A stretch of 64,000 nt of DNA from Azolla caroliniana. Its lineage: Eukaryota > Plantae > Polypodiophyta. Position 1 is the first letter of the stretch. Each line of letters starts with the position of its first letter. The position numbers were made by a program, and so were the translations under genes. The DNA is taken from positions 13,454,001 through 13,518,000 of the forward strand of contig JBHGNT010000002.1 of NCBI GenBank assembly GCA_043228905.1. The letters run 5' to 3'. The notes under the pieces are model-generated. The model saw only the letters and a program-made list of their open reading frames with translations. It did no database searches and was not told where the DNA came from. Shown here piece by piece: positions 50,601 to 62,962 of the stretch.

Positions 50601-53600
50601 TCAAATTCACATAATAGATTGTGCATATCAATCCAGCTCTTTCTGTGGGAGAACCATATATTTCTGGGCTATAAGTTGCGATTGACGATAATAATGGAGA
50701 TAGTTGCAAATGGATTTATGTTGATTGTTTTGACGTTTCTTGTTTTGACATCTTTTTAACAATGTGAATTGGCATGGGTTTTGTAACCTCATGCAAAAAG
50801 GTTGTGCTAATTTAAGCTAACAAGTTTCTTTGTTGGAATTGCAGCTTGTTCACTTTGTTAACAGAGATTCTGTGGGTCTTGCAAATGACTTTTCAGATCT
50901 TGGTTTTGTTCCAGAGGGTGCAAACTTAAAAGATATTGCAGGTGCATTGCGTACATCATTTGGTGATGAGTCTTCAAGGACACAGTTAGATTTTCAGGTT
51001 TACAGACTTTTTTATTTCTGTAAGAGCAAAGTCACTTATTTCTCAATTTCATCATTCGCAATTTGATCATGCATGCATACCACACAGTTGTATATCTATA
51101 TATTGCAGATGATATATACCATACATTTTTACACTGAAACTTATTCATCGGTAAAGTGAAGGCAGCACGAGGATTAGGGTTTAGGTCAAAAACAGAGAGG
51201 GAGAGAGTCTGAGTGAGAGACAAAGGGAGAGAGAGAGATGCATGCTGTCTTGGGTACAAAGAGTGTACCTCTTTTTTGGTTTTTAGATATTATGTATATA
51301 CAAGTCAAAAGTGTGCTACGAGTGCGTTCACACGAGTACACTAATAAAAGGCACGATGGCCCTTTATTCCCAACAACCTCCCACCTAAAGGCAATGTGCC
51401 GTGAGAAGAAAAAGAAAAGAAAAAGAAAGTCAGCTAAGTCCAAGTATGTACAAAGCTGAACTACATACATCTATCCAACTCCCATCATCTGTCGGCAATC
51501 AGCAAATCGCTCAGATGGAAGACCCTTCGTGAGAAGATCTGCAGGATTATTATTTGTATGTACTTTGACAAGCTCAATGTTCTTGCTGGCAAGTACATCT
51601 CTGATGAAGTGATACTTCACCTCTATGTGCTTCGTCTTTGCATGAAAGACGGGATTCCGAGCTAGTATGTTAGCACTCTGGCTGTCACAATGAAGAATAG
51701 CTAACTCTTCATGCCTCAGTGGCAGCAACATACTCTGCCTCTGTAGTAGACAATGCAACACACTTCTGTAGTCTGGAGATCCAAGAGACCGTTCCTCCTG
51801 TGAAAGTAAACACATACCCAGAAGTAGACTTCCTGCAGTCTGCATGACCAGCATAGTCCACATCCGTAAAACCAACGACAGATGCCTTTTGCTTTTCAAA
51901 GCAAATGCCCAAGTCCTTTGTGCCGTTGAGGTATCTCATAATACCTTTCACCGCTTCCCAATGCTTTTTGCCGGGATTTGCCATGTACCTACTAATCACT
52001 CTCACTGCAAAGGCAATATCAGGGCTAGTAGCAACCATCGCATATATCAAACTGCCAACGGCTGAAGCATATGGAACCTTAGCCATTTCAACCTTCTCAT
52101 CATCAGATGTAGGGCTGTCTTCTGCACTGAGTTTCAAATATGGAGGCAATGGAACCCCAATTGTTTTCCCCCCCTCTATATTGAAACGCTGCAAAACCTT
52201 AAAGATATACTCCTTCTGAGATAGAAAGAGTACCCCTTTGGACCAGTTTCAGATTATTTGCATGCCAAGGATGTGATTTGCATCACCAAGATCATTCATA
52301 TCAAAGCTGCCATGAAGGCTTTGCTTCAATGAATCCAAGGCATGATTATCCTTGCCAGCAATAAACCTATCATCAACATACAAAACCAAGATAATCAGGC
52401 TGCCATCTACTGCCTTCTTGGTGTACAAGCAGTGGTCCACTTGACTTCTATGAAAACCTTGAGACTGCATAAATGCATCAAATTTATGATACCATTCTCT
52501 TGGTGCTTGTTTCAACCCATACAAACTTCTTTTGAGCTTACAAACCATCTTCTCTTTGCCTTTAGCCACAAAACCTTCAGGCTGCTGCATATATATGTCT
52601 TCATGCAGATCGCCATGTAAAAAGGTGGTCTTCACATCCATTTGTATGAGCTCCATATCTTCAGCTGCAACTAAGCCCAAAATGATTCTTAATGTAGTCA
52701 TCTTGACTACAGGCGAGAAGATCTCATCAAAATCAACTCCATATTCTTTCTTTTATCCTTTTGCAACCAATCTTGCTTTGTACTTTGGCGAGGAATCCGA
52801 AATGACCTTCATTTTATAAACCCATTTGCATGGAAGTGTTTTCGCCCTTTAGGCAACTGCACCAAATCCCAAGTGTCATTTTTCTCAAGAGATTCCATCT
52901 CTAACAGCATGGTTTTATACCATTTCTTATTGTCCTGTCTGTCCATTGCTTCCTTGAAGCAAGTCGGTTCGCCACAATCAGTTACCATGACATAATCAGA
53001 CACACTGTTTGCATCAGGAACAAATCTGTCAGGCCTTCTAGTAACTCTAGGCGATCTCCTAACCCAATGCTCATTGTTTGGTAGCTGTTGAGCCTGCAAA
53101 TCATCATTTTCAACTTGCTGTCCAGGCATTTCAGCCTGCAAATCAGCATTAACAGCTGTTCTAGCTGTTCCTGCACATTTGGTGGCTCATCATTATTGGC
53201 AAAGGCTGGCTGATCATTGCCAACCTCATTTTCTGCATTTGCAGGTAAGTTTACAGCAGGTGTTTGCTGCTGTACAGCGGGCACATTTTTCTGTCTAAAA
53301 AGTATTTCTTCTCGGAATACAACCCTCCGTACTTCCTCGGTCTTTTCGGGCTGTTTATGCATGTGATTTTCCCGGAAGATAACATCATTGCTGTGTACTA
53401 TTTTTCTTTTCTCGGGATCCCACAATCTATACCCCATTTGACCCTCGTCACCATATCCTAGGAAAATACATTTGCAGGACTTTGGCTCAAGTTTGTTGTG
53501 TTCTTCTTTACGAATGTGCACAAAAGCCTCACAGCCAAAGACTCTCAAGTGAGCATATGAAGGTGGCTTACCCGACCACGCTTCTTGGGGTATTCCCTCT

Positions 53601-56600
53601 CCCAAAGACCTGTTAGGTGACCGATTAATCAAGTGAACAGCTGTCATAACAGCCTCTGCCCAAAAACCATGGGGTAACGCAGCATGAGACAGCATAGTAT
53701 GGACCTTATTTTGAATAGTCCGATTCATATGCTCTACAACTCCATTTTGGGGTGGATTATAAGGGGCAGTGAGTTCCCTCTTTATCCCTTTGCTGTCACA
53801 AAATGCTTGAAAAGCCTTGGACACATTCCCCACCATTGTCAGAGCGAAGACACTTAAGTGTTTTTTCAATTTGATTCTCAACTAATGCCAAAAATGTTCG
53901 AAACTTGTCGAGCACTTCATCCTTGCTATGAATAGGGTAAACCCATACCTTTCGTGTAGCATCATCCACAAAAGTGACTAAGTATTTCTTTCCCCCTAAT
54001 GATAGCCCTGGCATCTGATATACATTTGAATGTACTAACTCAAGCAGGGATGACTTCAGCGAAAGTGACTTTTTGTGAGATGTTTGTACATGTGTTTACC
54101 ATAAATGCAATGATCACAATGTTCAAAATCAGCATAACGAAGACATGACAAGTAACCCAAACGAGACAATACTTTCATACCAGTTTCACTCATGTGTCCC
54201 AACCGGCCATACCACAAAGAAACACTAGGCTGCTCGGTTATGGCAACAACATGGTCACTCACACTAGATACATGGAGAGGATACAAAGTATCACTTTTAC
54301 TACCCTTGGCAATAACTCTAGATCCCTTACAAATCTTCCATTTCCCATCACCAAAGGTTGTGTGAAATCCATCATCATCTAGCTGTCCTGTGCTAATCAA
54401 GCTCTTCTTGAGCTGAGGTACATGCTGAAGTGTGAAAGCAAAACCATGCTGAAATTGTAATTGCACAGTGCCAATACCTGCAATTTCACATGCGTAGTTG
54501 TCCCCAAGATGGACAACACTATGTCGACCCCTTGTGTAATCTGAAAACCACTCACGATGAGGGGTGACGTGAAAAGAAGCACCGGAATCGAGTATCCAAG
54601 TGTGCATGTCACCATTTGTATCTGCAAGTAAAGCATGTTCTCTATGGCATGATGAAACAAAGAGTACATCATTTCCACTATCACTATCGTGAGTGACTAC
54701 ATTCACCGCTTCAATTTTAGTATTGCCTTTCCTCGGTTGAATGTTTCTCTTTTCTTCTATGAAATCATCTATCTTCTTGCCCTTTCCTTTCTCTTTCTTC
54801 CATTTCAAACAATCACGTTTAAAGTGACCCTTTTTGCCACAGTGATGACATTCTACATCTTTACCACGTGATTTACTATGGCCATAAGTATAAGATTTGC
54901 CTCTTTGTTGTGACCTACCCCTTATATGCCATGCACTAGAGGACTTATTGGATGCATTGTTTTGCCGACTCATCTCTTCCATGAGTAGAGAACTCTCTAC
55001 ATCGGAATAAAGAAGCATCGCATTGGAATTGCTTATAGTAGTCTTGAAAGTATCCTAACTTTCTGGCAAGGTGCAAAGTAAAAATATGGCCTTAAACTCA
55101 TAATCAATGATGAATTTCAAGGCAACTAGCTGGCTAAAAAATAGAATTGAACTCATTCAAGTGAGTTGACATGGGTGTACCCTCTGTCATACGCAAATCC
55201 ATAAGTTTCTTAAGCCTAAAAACTTTGCTAGTTGCCGTCTTCTGGGCATACAGTTCCTCTAGTCTAGTCCATATAGAATAGGCACAATCCAAACCTTCAA
55301 TATTAAACAAGGCATTAGAAATTGGCAACTCAATAGTCGAGCGTGCAAGCTCGTTCAACTCTTGCCAATGATCTTGGTCCATATCTGTAGGCTTTACCCC
55401 TTTGACTTTAATAGGCTTTGCATGCTTCTTTTGCAGCAGGATGTTGTAGCATTGCTTTTTCCAAACCGCAAAGTTATGTGCACCCTCAAGCTTCTTGATG
55501 TTCATAAGGTGGTTACTGTCACTGCCGCTAGTCATGATTTCTTAGCCCAAACGGAGGACCAAACCTGCTTTGCAAAAAACCGTAAACTCTGCTCTGCAAA
55601 AAACCCTAAACTTTGCTCTGATACCAGTTTGAAGGCAGCACGAGGATTAGGGTTTAGGTCAAAAACAAAGAGGGAGAGAGTATGAGTGAGAGACAAAGGG
55701 AGAGAGAGAGATGCACGCGGTCTTGGGTACAAAGAGTGTACCTCTTTTTTGGTTTTTAGATATTATGTATATACAAGTCAAAAGTGTGCTACGAGTGCGT
55801 TCACACTCGTGCACAAATAAATGGCACGATAGCCCTTTATTCCCAACATAAAGAAACGTAGTTATTATCCAGGCATTGATAGTTTCCAATGTTTTATGTC
55901 ACTCATAGACAGATTTACTTTTTTGTTATCATATCTTATAGTTGTAGCAAGAACCGCTATATACAGGTAATGTAAGGCAATGTGTATTCAGTTACACATG
56001 TTGTGCACGGCTCATTCGTCAGTTGCTCATGTAATGCATAGGGTAGATATGCTACTCATGATCTTAAGAAAGAATTCCACAAAGCTGTAAAAGCTTCTTG
56101 CCAGTAGTAAAGACCACCTACATTCTTATGCATGAAAGGTATATTTGCTCTATGATAGATCTGTTACACACAATTTTCAAAGAATTTCTAAAGGCTGTAA
56201 AAGAATTCGTCCAGTAGAAAAGAACTCATGTTACTATATGTTTCTCTAATATGAAGATTCTATTAATGTCAGGATTGCTAGTTAAAGTAAGTCTCAAATG
56301 CACACAGGGCATAGAAAGTCAGGTTCCAAGGACATTCCAACAATACTTATGCTATGGAATACTCACACATTTTTCTCGTTGCCCATATTCAATTCTTAAA
56401 AACATTTTTGTTTGTCCGTTATGCAGGGGATCATGAATCAACTGTCAGATGTCATGTACCGGTTCAACTTTAGTCTTCCCCCACAATATGCACTTGTAAT
56501 CAGAGCTCTAGGATCACTAGAAGGAACGGCAACCGTGCTGGATCCGCAGTTTAAAGTGGTTGCTAGTGCATATCCATTCATCATTGGAAGGCTTCTTGCT

Positions 56601-59407
56601 GATCCAGATCCTCAAATGAGAAAAATATTGCGAGAGCTACTCATCCGCAATAATGGATCTATTCGGTGGAATCGACTTGAACGTTTGGTATAGAATGGAA
56701 TGTTGTCTAAGTATATTCCCCTTGTAATGGTTTATCTGCTTGTGTGGATATTGTGCATGGGGATTATTCTTGTTCAGTCTCCATAGACAGTAGTGTCTCA
56801 TATCTAATTGATACCCCACTAAGATGTGCATGATGATTGCATACTCCAAAGTTGAAATCCATATGTCATCAAAATCTATAGCATTACTGAAAATGACGTA
56901 ATATTTAAACCTCTATGCATTTCAACATTCAGTCCACCAACATCTTTCAACGGATCACAATCATATATTCAAACATCGGATGTTTTCCAAAATAACCAAG
57001 ATGTCATAGGATGGAAAACACTAGGCACAGCTCTGAAACAAAACAAAAATTTATTCTGTATTTACACTTGTTAGGAAGATTCATTTTGGTTATTTTCAAA
57101 AAAATCTTAAATCATTAAGAAAGGTTACCCAAGGATGGCTTTGTGAGCATGTTTGTGGAACATATCTTGATGGCACACATGGATGCTGGAGTTCAATTTG
57201 ATGTTTTAGGAATATTTGAATGCTGCCTTAATGTGGGTGTGCATCTGGAACATCCGTAATATTCTTTAGATCTCTACTGTTTTTTATTTGAATCTGTTTA
57301 GTTTGTGGCAGATAATTGCCATCTCCCAAGAGAGCACATATTCATCTCTACAGTCGGCGAATGGAGATAGCTGGGCTGGGCAGGATGGGTTAGAAAGAGG
57401 CCCAGCACGCTCTTGGGGATTTTTTGATATACGGACTGTCATCTCAGCCACTTCTGATCTGTTTGAATTTATACTATCGGAGGATGGGTACAGAGTAAGG
57501 GTGTGGTTAGTTAAGGATATTGTGGAAGCATTCAACATACTTTTTGATCATGCTGTTCAAGGAAACAATGAAGACCATTATTCAAATGTGGGCGCCAAAA
57601 GAGACCAAGATGCTAGGTCACAAGAGGTAAAGTTAAATAATTCATAAGTTATGCTTTATTTGTTGATCCTTTCAGAAACTTTTGAAGATGTTCTATATGG
57701 AAGGATGTGTGTTCCTTCATATCAGGATACATCAAAATAAGAAGGTGGTTGGGGATTGAACTTATTATACTCACATGGTAAGGTAAATCAACATTCAATG
57801 CACCTATGCACCTTCTTGCTTGGTAATATAACACAACCACAAGTAATGTATGAAACCTTGATATGTCAGCAACATGGGTGCATATTGACTTTTATCTTCA
57901 GAGGGCCAGTGTACTGAATATTGAGGTCCTGGAACCCCACCCCCCTCATTGGCATCCGACATAAGGATTCAAAGGTCCATGTGAAGTTGATCTTGTAGTC
58001 ACAAGTACTTCAATAACTTTTAAGATTCCATTGGTTGCCACGTTCCTTGACCGTTCAAAATGACAATCTACATTTGATGAATGCAAAAAAGAGTTATGGA
58101 TAATTATGCTCGATGAGGTACAGAAGGGTTATACCCACTAAATATTCAAACAAATTAATTACAGACTACTTAACTACTTTAGATTGGTGGAAGAGCTTGA
58201 CTATTTCTTTCTTTTACCCAAAGGCCTATCTCTGCAAGATACAGCAATATTACTAATGATACTACTTTGAGTTCTCATCTGCGTTGGCCACCTCCTGCAT
58301 GTCTGCGTTGACCTCATTGTCATGTACATCCACAGATATCGGTACATGTGAAGTATATTTTTAAAACTCTCGTGTGAAGTTCTCAGCAAAGAAAGTTGTG
58401 GTACATGTATATTGATTATCAATTCAACATGATGACTTTATCCCCTTAGATGTTTGGAGATACTGTCCTGATACATAAGACAGGAAGGCCTACGAAGAGG
58501 GTCTTATCGAGAATGAACTTAAACACTCTGATGCTTCTATTTGATTTGAACATTGAATTCATAATCTAAATATATTCACTTACAGATTTGTTGCCGAAGT
58601 GGTAGCTATAAGAATCTCATCATTTGCTCAATTTGCATTGTGGTTCGTTTCCATTTCTTCTAGAGTATCTGTTGTGGAAAGTAGACCTAGCTTTACCACT
58701 CCAAATTGATTCAAGGTAGTGACAACAAGTTTTACATGATGAATTCTTTGTTTCTGATTTTCGTTTGACTAATAATATGCATCAGATATATTTCGAGCAG
58801 CCATGATTGAGAGGATAGAAAAAGGATTGTGAGAATGCTAAATGATAAACCCATAAATGGCCTTCTGAAAGTTGATAATTGCAGTTAATTTTGTGTAAAA
58901 ACATTTAGAACAGGCCTTGCTTGTATTATGGTGACAATGCTCTGTTCTGGCATGAATAACAGCATATGGTGGTATATTGTTGTGAAAGGAATTTATGCAT
59001 GAAAATGAACATGATAGGGTTTGGCAAATTCCTGCTATTGAACTTTGGGTGTGTTGAATTGGTTGGTTTGACTTACCTTAGAGCTGGAACTGATAACTTG
59101 ATTTGCTTAAGATATTAAACCTGTTATTTTGTCTATGATGATTTAAATTGCTCTAATGCAGAAAAATGGTTTTAGATCGAGAGTCTCCATGGGGCTTGGT
59201 GCTTTCATTAGGGCGGTAGAATCAGCACCAGAAATATGGATGGCCTTTGCAATTAGGTTTGCTACCAGACCAGAAGCACAAATTCTTGCTTGGGAGATTC
59301 TCAGATCACTGGCATGTGCTGGATACAATAGGAGTTCAAGCTTTTTCTGGATGTTTCTATCAAAAGAACTTCATGAGGTGTATGATAAGGATACAAACGC
59401 ATCCTGA
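38184..59407 (+). CDS. ABC1K2: ABC1/AarF (UbiB/ADCK) atypical protein kinase, ABC1K2 (At5g24970)-like, 14 exons, ~741 aa
   Basis: Exons 38184-38277, 38778-38844, 39284-39503, 39595-39636, 45190-45261, 45416-45551, 45651-45808, 45924-46011, 46107-46318, 46454-46615, 50845-50997, 56427-56687, 57312-57626, 59162-59407. All are GT-AG and phase-consistent (2226 nt). Motifs [58 protein letters not shown]-rich N-terminus resembles a transit peptide. The first two exons are less certain; the ortholog name is from recalled similarity. Confidence 0.9.
38778..38844 (+). CDS. ABC1K2: ABC1 kinase exon 2
   Basis: TGCAG acceptor, GTGAGT donor; supplies the phase 1 to phase 2 link needed between exons 1 and 3. 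Confidence 0.55.
39284..39636 (+). CDS. ABC1K2: ABC1 kinase exons 3-4 (39284-39503, 39595-39636)
   Basis: [10 protein letters not shown]...DIRKRAEK / [14 protein letters not shown]. Confidence 0.85.
40490..44570 (-). mobile_element. Ty1/copia in intron 4: 5' LTR 44123-44570, PBS, gag-PR-INT-RT, 3' truncated
   Basis: PBS TGGTATCAGAGC at 44111-44122; ORF 42449-43582 gag-PR (WLVDSGAT); [11 protein letters not shown]; [13 protein letters not shown]. Ends inside RT. Confidence 0.92.
41095..41488. repeat. 197-bp near-perfect tandem duplication
   Basis: 41095-41291 is repeated at 41292-41488. Confidence 0.92.
44578..44616. repeat. (AT)n microsatellite
   Basis: Read directly; lies next to the LTR end. 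Confidence 0.95.
45190..46615 (+). CDS. ABC1K2: ABC1 kinase exons 5-10 (catalytic core)
   Basis: KLGQ motif, AAASLGQV loop, VAVK lysine, [21 protein letters not shown]. Confidence 0.95.
47036..49737 (+). mobile_element. Internally deleted copia (short Ale-like LTRs 47036-47227 and 49561-49737) in intron 10, TSD ACATT
   Basis: TSD ACATT at 47031-47035 and 49738-49742; PBS TGGTATCAAAGCC at 47228; PPT TGAGGGAGAG before 49561; gag fragment 47628-48020; RT-RH 48370-49553; no PR or INT. Confidence 0.9.
50845..50997 (+). CDS. ABC1K2: ABC1 kinase exon 11
   Basis: [21 protein letters not shown]...LDFQ, CAG/GT borders, phase 0. Confidence 0.92.
51157..55848 (-). mobile_element. Full-length Ty1/copia in intron 11, ~219-bp LTRs, TSD TAAAG
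   Basis: LTRs 51157-51375 and 55630-55848; TSD TAAAG at 51152-51156 and 55849-55853; PBS TGGTATCAGAGC at 55615-55626; PPT 51376-51386. gag, [27 protein letters not shown] and RH are all present but frameshifted. Confidence 0.97.
56427..56687 (+). CDS. ABC1K2: ABC1 kinase exon 12
   Basis: [21 protein letters not shown]...IRWNRLERL. Confidence 0.93.
57312..57626 (+). CDS. ABC1K2: ABC1 kinase exon 13
   Basis: Open 105 codons, [20 protein letters not shown] borders. Confidence 0.85.
59162..59407 (+). CDS. ABC1K2: ABC1 kinase final exon
   Basis: TGCAG acceptor, AVESAPEIW motif, TGA stop. Confidence 0.8.
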   Translation, partial: KNGFRSRVSMGLGAFIRAVESAPEIWMAFAIRFATRPEAQILAWEILRSLACAGYNRSSSFFWMFLSKELHEVYDKDTNAS

Positions 59408-60214
59408 TCTTCAAGGGAAAAATAAAAATTTGATGGTTGGCAGCAATAATCAGCATTTTCAGCTTTCTGTAATTATTTTACTTCTTGCCCCAGTGAATGA
59501 ATAAGCATTAAAATTCAAGATTAAAATTTTGTAGATTACAATATATACAATATTAGAGATGTAATTTCTATAGTTGAATGGAAAATATTAATACATGCAA
59601 AACATTTTTGTGCACAATTTTCTCCATATTTTTTTTGGATTTTTTTTTTCTCCATATTTGTTTAAATAATACATATTAACATGGAATCTGAAATGAGTGT
59701 GGAAATTCATCAAGGATGTAGAAAATCAGGTATTCTTTTACACATCAAGAATTTTGTGTGATGAGGGAGAGAACAAGAATCTAAGAAGGGAAGTTATATA
59801 TGTTTGAAGAACATTGAGAATATAAACTCTGATTCTTCTGTTTGTAGAAAATGATAAAAAATGTATACAAGGCTGAATAAATAAGAAATACTATGTGAAG
59901 ACTTGTGCAACTGTGTTAGAAGTATAAGTGATCTATGGTCTTTGAGTAACCGTTTAGTTTTTTTTTCAGTACAGCGTTAATATGATTGTTTTTATTAGGA
60001 TCCAGTTGTTACTTTTGTTACATTAAAAAAAACCAAAAGAATAAAATCAAATAATGCGAGGTAACTAGAAATATGAATTTAGATGAATCATGTTGAGAAA
60101 TGTTTCCAAAGGTATAGCAAAATTGACATTTTTGTGTAATTTGCATTTATCTTGATAAATAATTATGTGATTATTTCTAGGATTTAGTGTGAAATTGTTC
60201 TAGTGTGTGATCAC

Positions 60215-61716
60215 TGTAATGTAAGCGTATGATAAGGAGAAAAGAATGATAGATGAATAGAAAGGAGAGAGAGAATGAAGGGTGTCGATCCACTCGACCA
60301 CCCTCGAGTGAAGGGATCGATACAGAATCAAGTCTCGATCGGAGTCCCATACCATTGCTGTGGCGTCGAGTCGTACCTTGTATTGGCGCACTCGCTACAA
60401 GAGTTGAACCACCACGAAACAAAGTCTCGGCGTAGTCAAAAGATGATAAAATGAGGGTAGCTATCCTCTTATTTATAGCGATACCCAAGGCCCCTATGTA
60501 AGTTCACACTTGGTCTAATGGGTTGTCTCAATCCTGAGGATTAAAAGTAATCCTCCCCTTCTTTACACTCTTGTTTAACCCTTACACTTATCCACGTGTA
60601 TAGAATACTATGGTAAATTCTTATCATGGGATATTATACGGTCATGCATGTAACTTACTCCCCTCTTTAAAACATTGCACTCTTGCAATGGAAAGTTAAG
60701 GAAGTTAGTTTTGAGAGTATTTTCGTGTTCCCATGTGGCATCTTTTATTGATTTATCCATCCATTTTATTGTAAATTCCCATGTATACCATATGGGTTGT
60801 GGTTGATAGACTAACTAAAAGGGCCAAATTTATTGGTACTAAAACCACGGTAACAACTTCTGAATTGGCTTACCAATTTGTTGACGAGTTATTTCATTTT
60901 TATGCGTTACTGATGGATATAGTGAGTGATTGAGATCCAAAGTTTACTAGTGACTTCTGGACACAAGTCTTTAAGAAGTTAGAAACTACATTGAGCATGA
61001 GCTCCACGGATCATCCTCAATCCGATGGACAGACAGAACAAGTAAATCAAATTATTGAGGACATGCTTCAAGCATACGTTGGTACAAAACCAACAAAATA
61101 ATTCTCAATGTTAAAACAAAAAAATTACGTACTAAAGAAATCCGAGAATTTAAAATAAAATGGACGGATAAATCAATAAAAGATGCCACATTGGAACGTG
61201 AAAATACTCTCAGAACTAACTTCCCTAACTTTCCATTGCAAGAGTGCAATGTTTTAAAGAGGGGGGGGGGGGAGTATGTTACGCATGAACGTATAATATC
61301 CCGTGATGAGAATTTACTGTAGTATTCTATACACGTGGATAAGTGTGAGGGTTAAATGAGAGTGTAAAGAAGGGGAGGATTACTTTTAATCCTCGGGATT
61401 GAGACAACCCATTAGACCAAGTGTGAACTTGCCTGGGGGCCTTGGGTATTGCTATAAATAAGAGGCCTAGCTACCCTCATTTCATCATCTTTTGACTATG
61501 TTGAGGCTCTGTTTCGTGGTGGTTGAACTCTTGTAGCGAGCGCGCCAGCACCAGGTACGACTCGACGCCATGATGGTGGTATGGGATGCCGATCGAGGCT
61601 CGAGTTCGTCTCGATCCCTTCGCATGGGGGTGGTCGGGTGGATCGACACCCTTCTTTCTCTCTCTCCTTGCTATCTATCTATCATTCTTTTCTCCTTATC
61701 ATACACTTACATTAGA
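60215..61716. mobile_element. Inverted pair of chromovirus 3' ends (LTR-PPT-chromodomain) around an integrase fragment
   Basis: 60215-~60780 is the reverse complement of ~61143-61716. PPTs at ~60654-60667 (-) and ~61258-61276 (+). The loop encodes WVVVDRLTK...HPQSDGQTE on the + strand. Confidence 0.9.
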
Positions 61717-61959
61717 TCAGGATTCCTCCATTACACTGGTTTTTGTCATGAAAGAAATAATGATTGGACATACATCTGAAGTGTATGTGAACATCAAAGA
61801 GTTAGTTTACATTAATAACTCAGTTTGTGTGCAACTTACCAAATTTGGAGACATGTAGAGGCTAGCTCATGGCAGAGAAATGGTTAATGTGCTAGACATT
61901 AATAGGATTTTAGAAACTAGAAGTCAAGAAATTGGAAAGTGATGGTCGTGTGCCTAGTC

Positions 61960-62962
61960 TTGCTTAATGTCCTTGAGGAAAAAGTATGTGCAACAAGGAA
62001 GGTCTATCTTCCATATTCATAAATGTGTCATGGGTTTATGTCAAGATTGTGGCCCTACTAGATTTAGGTGGTGTCCAAATGAATTGAGTAGTGAAATATT
62101 GATCTCTGTGAAGTTATTTGAGTCAGTGAACACCAATTTTGAAGGAAAGGTGTGTAAAAGAAAGGATCTAGTTTGGAAGATGCTTAAACCAAGGGATTTG
62201 GTGTCTCTGTTTGTAGTATCTCTAGGAAAGTTCATTAAACACAACTTCATTTATTCATGGCAGGCCCATCAGTTTAAGACTTGCATATCTGATTTCCCAA
62301 ATGATGTAGTAGTCTCAATAGTAGATTTCGTAGAGAATTATACTTTCAAGCAGTAGAATGAAATTCAATCTATGCATTGGTGTTCAGTTTAGGTAACCAT
62401 TTTTGTGCACATAACATATTTTCGAGTTTCAGGTGATGTTAAAAAAGTAATTCATTTCTTTATTTCTGATGATAAGAAGCATGATACCTTGTTCGTCCAA
62501 CATTGTTTTAAGTTACATTGGCAGTGGTTATTAGCTCAACGTTTGGAGCTTACTCAACATTGGGTTTGGTCTGACGAAGCTGCGCCACAATTCAAGGCTC
62601 GACGTCCATTTTATTTTGTGGGGAGGTATCCTGCTATAACAAGTTTGGAGATGAGATGGAAATTTTTTGGGTCTAGCCATGGTAAAGGTGAACATGATGG
62701 TGCAGGGGTTGTTATAAAGCGGGCACTTACCCATGAACAACTAAAGACAGATGGTGTGCACATGAATTGTGCATCACATGTAGTTGAATTTTTAAGAACA
62801 AATATGTCAACGAGTGCAACAAGTGTTTATTCCTCGCAAGTCTGAGATATCAAACGTGAATTTTGGGAAGTGAAGATAGATGAAGTAAATAGGGAGAAGA
62901 CCTAGGAGTGCCAAGGAATTCCCAAATTGCGATCTTTGCATGTTGTTCGCGGTTATTCCAGG
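61960..62962 (+). pseudogene. Sola2-like DDD transposase remnant
   Basis: Motifs VDFVENY, NEIQSMHW, ISDDKKHD, WSDEAAPQFK, FFGSSHGKGEHDGAG..IKR, with in-frame stops. Confidence 0.75.

Noticed and set aside
55800-55825. ACGAGT vs ACTCGT between the two LTRs as a micro-inversion
   Set aside because: Cannot be distinguished from two adjacent substitutions.
57627-59161. Possible extra exon or nested gene in the last intron
   Set aside because: Only short motif-less ORFs; exons 13 and 14 join in phase without it.
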